This document shows positions 8,821 to 17,830 of a DNA stretch of 64,000 bases, one piece after another. A program made the translations under genes and the position numbers. Every line of letters begins with the position of its first letter. Within the stretch, counting starts at the first letter, position 1. The stretch spans positions 313,918 through 377,917 of the forward strand of contig JAXGPF010000004.1 in NCBI GenBank assembly GCA_040767085.1, written 5' to 3'. Below the pieces are notes generated by a model. The model made no database searches. It was not told where the DNA came from and saw nothing but the letters and a program-made list of their open reading frames with translations. The DNA comes from Kiritimatiellia bacterium (GTDB lineage Bacteria; Verrucomicrobiota; Kiritimatiellia; JAAZAB01).

Positions 8821-9399
8821 ATGAAATCGGCAGCGAAATGGCTGGTGGTACTGGGTCTGGGCATGGCTTGCCTTGCGGCGGGGGCGGCCGAGTTAGGCCG
8901 GTCGCAGCCGGTAGCCGTGGTCAATGACCGGCCCGGCGGCAGCGGCAAAGCGGCCGGGCTGCAACTGGCGCTTTTCGCGCCGATCCAGGTGTTCCCGGAA
9001 AACTACAACATTTACGGGCTGCGCCTCAACCTGATTTACGGGATTAACCAGGACCTGCGCGGCCTGGACTTGGGTATGTTCAATGTCGGGCGTGGTTTGA
9101 TGGAAGGGCTGCAGGTCGGATTAGCCAATCGGACGGCGGAATTGTCCGGGATGCAGCTTGGCCTGCTGAACTTCACCGGCGCCTCCGAGGGCGGATTTCA
9201 ACTGGGACTGATGAATTACGCGCATGAATTCGCCGGACTGCAGTTGGGACCGATCAATTTCGCCAAGGACGTCAATGGCGCACAAATCGGCGTCATCAAC
9301 ATCTGCGAAACCACCGCCGGCGCCCAGATTGGCCTGATCAATATCATTTCCCAAAGCGATTGGCTGGTCTTCTGTCCGCTCGTTAACGCGCAATTCTGA
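8821..9399 (+). CDS. Secreted GLQxG-repeat protein (LA_2272-like beta-solenoid)
   Basis: Signal peptide; repeated GLQVG/GMQLG/GFQLG/GAQIG-xxN units; YGLRLNLIYG; ends PLVNAQF. Confidence 0.75.
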   Translation: MKSAAKWLVVLGLGMACLAAGAAELGRSQPVAVVNDRPGGSGKAAGLQLALFAPIQVFPENYNIYGLRLNLIYGINQDLRGLDLGMFNVGRGLMEGLQVGLANRTAELSGMQLGLLNFTGASEGGFQLGLMNYAHEFAGLQLGPINFAKDVNGAQIGVINICETTAGAQIGLINIISQSDWLVFCPLVNAQF

Positions 9400-11324
9400 T
9401 GAAGACTTCCCTGCCATGCCGGTTTCTGCTCTGCGCCCTGGCGCTGGCGGCGCACAACGGCCGCGCGCTGACGCCGGATGAGGCGGGCGTGCCGAAGCGG
9501 CTCCAGCCGACCATCATGGGCACGGTGGACCTCAACGAGGGCGGCACCAGGACCCTCAGCATGTCGCGATATGCCTCCACCTGGCTGGAGTCCAACGAAA
9601 AAGTCAGCGGGACGCTTATCCGTTCCGAAAGGGCCAACTGGAATGTCTTCGGGCCGGGATCCACCGTAAACCCCGGTGAAGATACGGTTACCATTAAAGC
9701 CACCAGAGCCGGCCAGGGCTATATCCAGGGGTATCGTTATCTTTATTATATGGATAACGGCGTGGAGCGGAGAAACATCCTCATCCAGATCTGGCTGCTG
9801 AAGGTGCATCCCCTGACCGATGGATCTTCCAACAATGCTCCGACCGGCTCGCCCGGCGGGGCATGGCCGACTGAGAAGCCGGACATCCCCCGGGCCGTCA
9901 TCAAGGGGCGGGCGGTGATGCGTGGAACGGACACCGGTGTGCCTGGCGCATATATTGAACTGATCGGCGCCAGAACCGGCACGTTGCGCACCAACTGGGA
10001 AACTGGCGCCGACGGCGGATTTAACATTAAGGCGGACAACATGCTGTCCGCGGACCGGTACGAAATTTTTATCCGCAAAGGCTCCGCCAATGCCGCCCGG
10101 GAAGATGCCGTGATGGAGGATTTATGGCCGATCCGCAGGTATTACGTGACCGTGACCCGCGACAACTGCCTGAATCTTAACCTGGGCCGGATCGAAATGG
10201 CGTCCGTCGAGGATTTATGGGGCGCGGACCGGACGGCCGGCGCCGATGCCGCCCGCCCGGAACTTGACATTACCCCCAAGGCCGGACCCGGCGCCGGCGG
10301 CGGCCAGACGACTCCATCCGGGCAGATACCCGGCGGCGGCCAAACGCCCGGATCGGCAACAGCCCCGGGCGCCGGCGGCGGTCAAGCGCCGGGAACCGGC
10401 CCAACCCCGGGCGGCGGCGGGCAACCTCCGGCGCCGCCTCAAACACCGGATGCGCCGGATGCCCCCGGCACACCCCAGCCGCTGGACGATAGTGTGCCGG
10501 TTTTAATCGCCCCCGGCGCGATCGGCGCGGCAGCGGCTGCCCAATCCCTGCAAATTGTATATAAAGGCTATGTTGAAGTAGATTTCAACCTTAAGGCCAC
10601 CATGACCTTAAAACTTGCCGGATCGGCCGTGACCGGCGAGTTATACGCGCCGCCGGTGTCCCAGCCCAATGTGCGGCTGCCGGGCGCGCGTATGCTGCTG
10701 GACGGCACGCTGGCAGGCGGCTGGGAGGATGGCGGCAGGATTACCGGGAGTTGCACCGGCCATATCCTGTGGCCGGACGGCAAGCAGGAAGAGCGCGCGG
10801 GCCAGTTTCAAATCGCAAAGGCCGGCGCGGAAATTCACTTCCGCAGCACGAAGTTTTATTATAACCACTACATTTTCGGCGCATTGGGTATAAAATACGC
10901 CGGCGGCAATGCCGTAACCAACGCTGCCGGCACAAGCCTTAATTCCGTCTTGATCCTGATTGATGCTTCCGGCAGCATGCAGGGCGAAAAAATCAACCGG
11001 GCCAAGTCCACGGCCTGCCGGCGCATTGCCGAACTGGGGCCGGAGACCGAGTTAGCCGTGATCGCTTTCAGCGGCAATTCCCTGAAATTCCAGTTTGCGC
11101 CCATGGATGACGATGGGCGCGCGCGCGCCCAGGAAGCCGTCAATGGCGTCAGCGCCGGCGGCGGTACGCCCCTGGCCGCCGCTATCCGCAGCGCCGGCAG
11201 TTATATACGCGGCAACGCCCGGTCGAAAAACAAGACTTTGATCATTCTATCGGACGGCGAAGAAAGCGAAGGCGGCAACCCGCCGGAGGAAATCCGCAAG
11301 CTGAACGATGTGACGGTAAATTAA
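9399..11324 (+). CDS. Secreted multidomain protein with Pro/Gly linker and C-terminally truncated VWA domain
   Basis: Signal peptide; carboxypeptidase-regulatory-like segment (IKGRAV...VPGAYIEL...ETGADGGF); MIDAS residues DASGSM, GGTPL, IILSDG; ends abruptly at NDVTVN. Confidence 0.8.
   Translation: MKTSLPCRFLLCALALAAHNGRALTPDEAGVPKRLQPTIMGTVDLNEGGTRTLSMSRYASTWLESNEKVSGTLIRSERANWNVFGPGSTVNPGEDTVTIKATRAGQGYIQGYRYLYYMDNGVERRNILIQIWLLKVHPLTDGSSNNAPTGSPGGAWPTEKPDIPRAVIKGRAVMRGTDTGVPGAYIELIGARTGTLRTNWETGADGGFNIKADNMLSADRYEIFIRKGSANAAREDAVMEDLWPIRRYYVTVTRDNCLNLNLGRIEMASVEDLWGADRTAGADAARPELDITPKAGPGAGGGQTTPSGQIPGGGQTPGSATAPGAGGGQAPGTGPTPGGGGQPPAPPQTPDAPDAPGTPQPLDDSVPVLIAPGAIGAAAAAQSLQIVYKGYVEVDFNLKATMTLKLAGSAVTGELYAPPVSQPNVRLPGARMLLDGTLAGGWEDGGRITGSCTGHILWPDGKQEERAGQFQIAKAGAEIHFRSTKFYYNHYIFGALGIKYAGGNAVTNAAGTSLNSVLILIDASGSMQGEKINRAKSTACRRIAELGPETELAVIAFSGNSLKFQFAPMDDDGRARAQEAVNGVSAGGGTPLAAAIRSAGSYIRGNARSKNKTLIILSDGEESEGGNPPEEIRKLNDVTVN
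10280..10480 (+). repeat. Degenerate intragenic repeats encoding a (P)GGGQ(T/A)P low-complexity linker
   Basis: About four ggcggcggNca(a/g) units; protein GAGGGQTTP / PGGGQTP / GAGGGQAP / PGGGGQPP. Confidence 0.65.
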
Positions 11325-11329
11325 CCGTT

Positions 11330-11908
11330 ATGAAAATTTTACGTCCCATGATGATGTGCGCAGCGGCGGCGCTGGTTTGCGCGCAGGCCGGCGCGCAGGA
11401 TGCCGCACCCGGACCGGCGAGCCGGGATTTAATCAACATTGTCGCCGTCGGCTATGACATTGAAAACAATCCCAAGGCCCAGCAAATGCTCCAGGATATG
11501 GCGCAGGCCGCCCGCGATGCCGGCGCCGGCGGCACCGTGATCATGGCCGGGCAGGACGAGGCACAACTGGACCAGGCCATGCAAAAGGCCATGACCATCG
11601 CCACCCAGCCGCCGGCGCCGGCATACCGGCTGGAACTCAAGACCGCTTCCGCCGCGCCGGGGGCCAGGATCGTGGTGGTGCATTCCGATTTCCCGGCAAC
11701 GAACCGCGAGGCCTGGATTGCCTTTTATGAAAAGGCCGGCGACCGCGACCAGGACTATCTGTCTTATACCTTTCTGGCCAACCTGAACGATCGGACATAC
11801 GATGTCACGGCCCCTGACAAGCCCGGCGCCGAGTATCATTTCCGCCTTTTTTTAACCAAGGAATACGATTGCGCCGCCCGCAGTGAACCAGTCCATATCG
11901 CCGAATAA
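11330..11908 (+). CDS. Secreted protein: C-terminal VWA segment plus Ig/SKICH-like domain
   Basis: Own signal peptide (AQAGA-QD), then INIVAVGYDI...AQQMLQDMAQA...GGTVIMAGQDEAQLDQAM, then an Ig-like domain (AWIAFY...APDKPGAEYHFRLF). Confidence 0.7.
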   Translation: MKILRPMMMCAAAALVCAQAGAQDAAPGPASRDLINIVAVGYDIENNPKAQQMLQDMAQAARDAGAGGTVIMAGQDEAQLDQAMQKAMTIATQPPAPAYRLELKTASAAPGARIVVVHSDFPATNREAWIAFYEKAGDRDQDYLSYTFLANLNDRTYDVTAPDKPGAEYHFRLFLTKEYDCAARSEPVHIAE

Positions 11909-11913
11909 TCTGC

Positions 11914-13164
11914 ATGAAGTTTTTCCGCCTGTTTTTGATGAGCCTTGCACTGCTGGCGGGTTGGCCGGCAGTTCCAGTTGGCGCCGCGCCGGATTACCGT
12001 CCGCTCTGGATCGAGCAGCCTAAAAGCGACGACAGCATTTACCTTTACCGCGTCGGCACCGCCGCCGCCGGATCGGAAACCGCGGCGCGCCAGGCCGCCC
12101 TGGTCCAAGCCGGCGAAATCATCCTGGATGAAATCCTCGCGCAAAGCGGCGTGCCGGAAACAGAGCGCGTTGAATTGCGCGGCGCTCTGGCGTTGCGGGA
12201 TTTGACGCCGGTTCCCGACGCCGTGCATTATGCCCCTGAAAACGGCGGCACCCGGTGCTGGCTGCAGGTCAGTCTGCCGTTGCAGGAGCGCGCCCGCCTG
12301 CGGCAGGACATCGCGGCCGCCATGGAGCGCCGCCGCTTGCAGGAGGAATTCGACGCCCGCATCAACGGGCAATGGCAGGAGGGCCGGGCCGCCAGCCTGC
12401 GGGGCGAATACACCCAGGCCCTGGCGCTCTTGCGGGAGGCCGAAACCAACTTTGCCGCGGTCCATCGCCCGGCATTTGCGATGGAGGAACTGCGCCTGCT
12501 GCTGGGCGATGTGCAGCGGGAACTAGGCCGGCCCCTGGACGCGCGCGGTTACTACGAAACCGTGGCCGGACTGGCAACCGCTGAAACCTGGCAGGCGCAG
12601 GCGGCGGCGCGCCTGGCGGCGCTGCCCGATCCGCCGCGCCTATGGCCGGCGCTGACCCGTTGGCAGGACCGCGCCGCGGCGCAAGTCTGCGTATTGCAGC
12701 CGGCCGGCGATCCGGCGGCATGGTTTGGCGAACTTGCCGCGGTGCTGCACCGCGATTTTCAAGCCTGCCGGCGGGATTTGTGCGACCTGGCCCAGTGGCC
12801 GCCGGAATCCGCCGCGCAGCTTTTCATAACGCGCCAGACGGCAGCCCTGGCCGGCGCCGCCCGCGCCGCATCGGCTGGAATGGTGCTGGTGATCTACGCC
12901 CGGGGGGATGCCACCGGTGGCGGGACGCCGCCGGAAACGGGCGGACTGCGCTTCCCCGCGCCGGATATGACCGTCCAATTCATGGTGTTGGACGCCATCG
13001 CCAATCGCATCGTATATGCCGGCGAATTCCGGGAAATGCGCGGCCGGCGCGGCAACGCGCGGCTGGCCGAACGGATTGCGTCAATCCTGATCAACAATTA
13101 CCTGGCGCCCAAATGTCCGGCGCTGGCGCCCGGGCCAGGCGGCGCGGCGGCCGGCCCCGGATAA
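11914..13164 (+). CDS. Secreted protein with LPP20-like N-domain and TPR-like helices
   Basis: Signal peptide; PLWIEQP...YLYRVG...ARQAAL; TPR-like GEYTQALALL...LLGDVQRELGRPLDARGYY. Confidence 0.6.
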   Translation: MKFFRLFLMSLALLAGWPAVPVGAAPDYRPLWIEQPKSDDSIYLYRVGTAAAGSETAARQAALVQAGEIILDEILAQSGVPETERVELRGALALRDLTPVPDAVHYAPENGGTRCWLQVSLPLQERARLRQDIAAAMERRRLQEEFDARINGQWQEGRAASLRGEYTQALALLREAETNFAAVHRPAFAMEELRLLLGDVQRELGRPLDARGYYETVAGLATAETWQAQAAARLAALPDPPRLWPALTRWQDRAAAQVCVLQPAGDPAAWFGELAAVLHRDFQACRRDLCDLAQWPPESAAQLFITRQTAALAGAARAASAGMVLVIYARGDATGGGTPPETGGLRFPAPDMTVQFMVLDAIANRIVYAGEFREMRGRRGNARLAERIASILINNYLAPKCPALAPGPGGAAAGPG

Positions 13165-13167
13165 CCC

Positions 13168-13935
13168 CTACCGCCGCCGGGCCGGCGACCGGTCAATGCT
13201 GCAAACCCGCATCAGCCACCGCACGCATAAATCGCCCCAGGGATGCACGATCAGCAGGCCGGCGCCATGGCCGCCGTCGGGGAACACGTGCAATTCATAC
13301 GGCACGCCATGACGGCGCAATTCGGCGGCAAACATGAGACTGTTTTCCGGCAACACGCCCTTGTCATCGCCCGCGTGCCACAAAAAACACGGCGGCGTGC
13401 GATCGGTCACCAGGGTTTCGCAGGAAACTGACGCCCAATCCCCCGGCGGGGCGTCCGGGCCCAGCAGGTTGTTGCGCGAGCCGGCATGGCCATAGGGCGG
13501 CTGCATGGAAATCACCGGGTAACACAACACCCCGAAATCAGGGCGTAATTCCGCCGCGCGCCGCGCGCCGGCCGTCATCACATGCGCGGCCAGGTGGCCG
13601 CCCGCGGAAGAGCCCATGACCCCGATGCAATCCTGGCGGACGCCGAATTCCGCCGCGCGCGTCCGGACCGTGGCCACCGACGCCAGGCCATCTTCCAGCA
13701 TCTCCGGATGACGGTGGCCGGACGAGCCGCCCAGCCGGTACCGGGCCACGAAGGCGCAAATGCCGCGGGCCGACAGGTATTCGGCATAGCCGCGGCCTTC
13801 GTGCTCGGCCAAATGCCCGTAGCCGCCGCCGGGAAATATTATCACCCCGATCCCCTGCCCCTTCCGCGGGGCAAACACTTCCAATTCCGGCGCCGGGCTG
13901 GTAGCCGCGCCGGGCAGGGCCGCATGAATGATCAC
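13168..13935 (-). CDS. Alpha/beta hydrolase (acetyl esterase/BD-FAE-like)
   Basis: PGGGY, HEG, GSSAGGH nucleophile elbow, YPVIS, TPPCFLWH, D..V, HG. GTG start after GGAGGAG. Confidence 0.9.
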   Translation of the reverse strand: MIIHAALPGAATSPAPELEVFAPRKGQGIGVIIFPGGGYGHLAEHEGRGYAEYLSARGICAFVARYRLGGSSGHRHPEMLEDGLASVATVRTRAAEFGVRQDCIGVMGSSAGGHLAAHVMTAGARRAAELRPDFGVLCYPVISMQPPYGHAGSRNNLLGPDAPPGDWASVSCETLVTDRTPPCFLWHAGDDKGVLPENSLMFAAELRRHGVPYELHVFPDGGHGAGLLIVHPWGDLCVRWLMRVCSIDRSPARRR

Positions 13936-14199
13936 AATTAGCTCCTCCGTTGATTGTTTAAAAACACGCCGGCTTGCGCGCCGGGGTTGGCATGCGCGAG
14001 AGAGACGCAGGCGCAGTTTGGATGTATCAAATTGAACATCCCGTGTCACGCTCAAGTTGCGGGAATGAGACGCCGGGGGTGTAATACAATCCAATGCGAA
14101 TTGACAAAACGAAGCAAGGAGGATAAAGTCCGGACAGAAAACATGACTCAGACCAGTTGGCGCGGCGGCTCGGCGCCGTAAAACATTGCATGGCCCAGA

Positions 14200-15339
14200 A
14201 TGACCGCCATCCTGTCATCCCCGGACACCCGCTCGAAACTTGCCATCCTCTCCCAGGAATCGCAATATGACCTGGCTTGCTCATGCGGCACGAGGGATCA
14301 GGACCGCCGGCGCCGGTCGCCCAATGACACCTGGCTCTACCCGGTCGCCCTGCCCGGCGGCGGCTACTCGATCCTGTTCAAGACTTTGGTATCGAACTAT
14401 TGCGCCAACGACTACAAATACTGCCCGCTGCGCGCAGGCCAGGATTTGCGGCGGTGCGCGCTGACCTCCGAAGAAACCGTACGCGCTTTCCTGGATTACT
14501 GGAAAACCGGCAAAATCTTCGGCCTGTTTCTTACCAACGGGGTTGCCGGCGCGCCCGACCAGGCCATGGAGCAGATGCTCGCCATTGCCCGGCGGTTGAG
14601 GACCAGGGAACAATTCCGGGGATACCTGCACCTGAAAATCATTCCCGGCGCCTCGGATGCAGCGATTGAAGAGGCGTTGCGGCTGTCCAGCGCCGTTTCC
14701 ATCAACATTGAAACGGCGGGCGAAGCGCGTTTCCAGAAACTTTCAACCCGCAAACGCTACCTGGAAGACATCATCCGCCCGCTCAAGCTGATCAGCCGGC
14801 TCACCGGCAAGGACGGGCCATACAGCCGGGTCAAGCAGACGACGCAGTTCGTCGTCGGCGCCGCGGACGAGACCGACTCCGAACTGCTGAAATACACCTG
14901 GGGCTTATACCAGCGCCTGCACCTGAGCCGCGTGTACTTCAGCGCGTACCAGCGCGGATTGGGCGAAACCGACCTGCCGGGCGAGCATTCCCCGCTTTCC
15001 AACCGCGACCTGCTGATGCGCGAACACCGCCTGTACCAGGCCGACTGGCTGTTCCGGAAATACCATTTCCGGCTGGAGGAAATCCCGCTGGACGGGCAGG
15101 GCAACCTGCCGCTGGATATTGATCCCAAGGAATACTGGGCGCAAAGGCATCCGGATTTTTTCCCGGTCAATGTCAACCGGGCGGATTACGAACAACTCCT
15201 GCGCGTGCCCGGGCTGGGCATGGTGACCGTCCGGCGGCTGCTGGCGCGGCGTTCCGGCGGAGCGCGGTTCCGGGCGGCGGCAGACCTCGGCTTTGCGGGA
15301 CGGCGTCTGCAAAAAGCCGCCGCCTACCTGGCATTCTGA
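14200..15339 (+). CDS. Putative DNA modification/repair radical SAM protein with C-terminal HhH; second cluster Cys replaced by Tyr
   Basis: YDLACSC, LFKTL.SN.C, YLHLKIIPGA, SINIE, TQFVVGA, RVYFSAY, REHRLYQADWL, DPK, VNRA...LLRVPGLG. The cluster motif reads CANDYKYC. Confidence 0.85.
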   Translation: MTAILSSPDTRSKLAILSQESQYDLACSCGTRDQDRRRRSPNDTWLYPVALPGGGYSILFKTLVSNYCANDYKYCPLRAGQDLRRCALTSEETVRAFLDYWKTGKIFGLFLTNGVAGAPDQAMEQMLAIARRLRTREQFRGYLHLKIIPGASDAAIEEALRLSSAVSINIETAGEARFQKLSTRKRYLEDIIRPLKLISRLTGKDGPYSRVKQTTQFVVGAADETDSELLKYTWGLYQRLHLSRVYFSAYQRGLGETDLPGEHSPLSNRDLLMREHRLYQADWLFRKYHFRLEEIPLDGQGNLPLDIDPKEYWAQRHPDFFPVNVNRADYEQLLRVPGLGMVTVRRLLARRSGGARFRAAADLGFAGRRLQKAAAYLAF

Positions 15340-15381
15340 TCGGGCAGCATCCGGCGGCGTTAATGCGGCCGGCCCGGCGCC

Positions 15382-15864
15382 TTATCCGCTGGCCAGTTCC
15401 CTGACAAAATGCCATGCCATCCAGCCGGCGGCGGTCAGTTTCAGCAACGTGCCCAGCGATACCCCCAGGAACGCGGCCAACCCCGATCGCAATGCCGCGC
15501 CCGTTTTCCGGCCCGCCGCTAACTCGCCGGCGATGGCGCCAGCCAACGCCCCGATGATCATCCCCCAGGGCGGAAAGAAAAACAAGCCGGCCAGCATGCC
15601 CAGCGCAATCCCCCACCCGCCCCGGCGGCTGCCGCCGAACCGCCGGGCGCTCCAGACGGGGATGGCGTAATCAAGCAAAGAAACCAGGACCGTCACCACC
15701 GCCCAGCCAACGAGAAATTCCCTGGAAAAACTGTGGCGGACGGTTAAATGCAGCAGGAACAGGCCCGTATAGCTTAAAGGCGGGCCGGGCAGCACCGGCA
15801 GCACGCTGCCCAGGATGCCGCCAACCATGCAGAGGGCTCCCAGACCGATCAGCCAAATATCCAT
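15382..15864 (-). CDS. DUF456 family membrane protein
   Basis: GSVLPVLPGPPL, LDY, RRFGGSRRG, GMIIGALAGA..GEL, LLK. Confidence 0.88.
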   Translation of the reverse strand: MDIWLIGLGALCMVGGILGSVLPVLPGPPLSYTGLFLLHLTVRHSFSREFLVGWAVVTVLVSLLDYAIPVWSARRFGGSRRGGWGIALGMLAGLFFFPPWGMIIGALAGAIAGELAAGRKTGAALRSGLAAFLGVSLGTLLKLTAAGWMAWHFVRELASG

Positions 15865-15867
15865 AAC

Positions 15868-16752
15868 TCACCCCCGAAAATACAACGCGATGGCCAGCGT
15901 CATGGCCAGGGCGCCGGCCACCCTCCTGAACAGCACGGCGGGGCCGGCCCGCCCTTCGATATCGGTCCACCCCAACCGCGCCAGCGCCACGCCCAAACCG
16001 ATGGAAATGATCCCGCGCGCCGACTGCACGATGTTGCCGAAAACCGCGCCGATATCGCCAAAACAGGCGAACAGCAGGATCATGGCCGACAGCCAGCAGA
16101 CGGCAAAAGGCAACGCCGCGCGCCATGCAGCCGGTGCGCGCGCGGCGGGATGCCGCACCAGCCAGGGCGTCATGGCCAGGCCGCACGCCAGGTAGCTTAA
16201 CACCGCGCCAAAAAACGCGCCGCGTAAATTATCCAGCCCGGTAGCGCGGACCAGGCGGACAATGGACAGGTCCGAGAGCGAATATCCCGCAATGGCCACC
16301 GCCACCGCCAGCAAGCCGCGCGCCGGCAGACGCCCCCCGGCTTGATGCAGGGTAAACACTCCCGCCGCGGCCAGCAACACAGCCGCCCATTGAGCGGCTG
16401 ACAGCCAGGCGCCGCCCAGGGATGCCAGCAATGCCAGCAACAGGATTTTAGCGCCCAGCAAAGGCGCCAGCCGCGAAGCGTCCATGATCTGCAGGGCGCG
16501 GAACCATGCCAGTTGGCCGGCCAGGTAAAACCCACTGGTGCTCAGCGTCCATAACGCCACGCCGCTGTCCAGGCGCGCGCCCGGGACATACGCCCATGGC
16601 AGCAGCGCCAGACTCATCAGCGCCATCATGGCATGCGACACCGCCAGCAACAACCAGGGCGGGTAACCGGCCCGACGCAGGAAGGCGCGGGAATATATGT
16701 AGGACAAGGATTGCAGGGCGGCAGCGCCCAGTCCGAAGAGAATACCCATCAT
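15868..16752 (-). CDS. DMT/EamA family transporter
   Basis: About 10 hydrophobic segments in two repeats; ALQIMDASRLAPLLGAK. Confidence 0.8.
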   Translation of the reverse strand: MMGILFGLGAAALQSLSYIYSRAFLRRAGYPPWLLLAVSHAMMALMSLALLPWAYVPGARLDSGVALWTLSTSGFYLAGQLAWFRALQIMDASRLAPLLGAKILLLALLASLGGAWLSAAQWAAVLLAAAGVFTLHQAGGRLPARGLLAVAVAIAGYSLSDLSIVRLVRATGLDNLRGAFFGAVLSYLACGLAMTPWLVRHPAARAPAAWRAALPFAVCWLSAMILLFACFGDIGAVFGNIVQSARGIISIGLGVALARLGWTDIEGRAGPAVLFRRVAGALAMTLAIALYFRG

Positions 16753-16921
16753 ACTTGACAATCATCCGCAGCCGGCGGTAAACAGGGAATGAACCGGCCG
16801 AAACGTTTACGACACGCCAGGCACGGCGCATCCGGCGGCAAACCTACCGCCCGCCGCCGGTAAAGTCAATGGGAATGACTCCGGCAGGCCCGCGGCGATG
16901 AAAAATGCAAAATGTTTTAGA

Positions 16922-16985
16922 TTGACAAACCCCGCAGGTTCGGAATATTTTAACACTATATGAACCTTTGATTCATATTATGAAT
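16922..16985 (+). promoter_or_regulatory. Sigma70-like promoter with palindromic operator (likely IclR site)
   Basis: TTGACA at 16922, AT-rich -10 near 16946, perfect palindrome ATTCATA-T-TATGAAT at 16971-16985 overlapping ATATGAA-N7-TTCATAT. Confidence 0.6.
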
Positions 16986-17055
16986 TTATCTCTCCGGCGC
17001 GGGCGGCATGCAGCGATGGGCTACTTGATCAACGGCTGCGGCATTGGAAGCAAAT

Positions 17056-17808
17056 ATGTTTGAATTGAAGAACAAAAAAGCGCTCGTTACCGGAGCGTCG
17101 CGCGGCTTGGGCGCCGGCATCGCCCTCGCCCTGGCGGAAGCGGGCGCGGATGTGGCGGTCAATTTCCGCAGCAACCGGCAGGAAGCCGGAAAAGTCAGCG
17201 CGGCAATCACGGCCATGGGCCGCCGGGCATTGACGCTGCAGGCCGATGTTTCCGCGGCGGCGGACGTCCAAATGCTGTTTGCCGCAACCATGCGGGAATT
17301 CGGGCAGTTGGACATACTGGTGAATAATGCCGGCACCACCAAAGCCCAGGATATTTTTGAGACAACCCTGGCTGACTGGGATTATATTGTCAAAACCAAT
17401 CTCACCAGCCTGTTTCTCTGTTCGAAGGCGGCAATGGAAATCATGCAGGCGCAAAAATCGGGCCGGATTATCAACCTCAGTTCCATTGTCGGCCAGCGCG
17501 GCGCGCTGTTCGGCCATGTGCATTATGCCGCCACCAAGAGCGGGATCATCGGCTTCACCAAGACCCTGGCGCGTACGGCCGCGCCTTTCAACATCACGGT
17601 CAATGCCATTGCTCCCGGCATCATCGCAACCGAACTGCTGCTGCAAACCCATGGCGCCGACGAGGTCAGGAAACTGGCCGCCACCGTGCCGCTGGGCCTG
17701 GGCACCTGCCGGGACGTCGGGCTGGCGGCGGTGTTCCTGGCCGGGGAAGGCGGCCGCTACATCACCGGCGCCACGCTGGACGTCAATGGCGGGATGAATT
17801 TCCGATAA
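17056..17808 (+). CDS. Short-chain dehydrogenase/reductase (FabG-like)
   Basis: TGASRGLG, NNAG, YAATK, NAIAPG, DVNGG. Confidence 0.95.
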   Translation: MFELKNKKALVTGASRGLGAGIALALAEAGADVAVNFRSNRQEAGKVSAAITAMGRRALTLQADVSAAADVQMLFAATMREFGQLDILVNNAGTTKAQDIFETTLADWDYIVKTNLTSLFLCSKAAMEIMQAQKSGRIINLSSIVGQRGALFGHVHYAATKSGIIGFTKTLARTAAPFNITVNAIAPGIIATELLLQTHGADEVRKLAATVPLGLGTCRDVGLAAVFLAGEGGRYITGATLDVNGGMNFR

Positions 17809-17830
17809 GGCGTCTGTGTGATGAGGTAAA

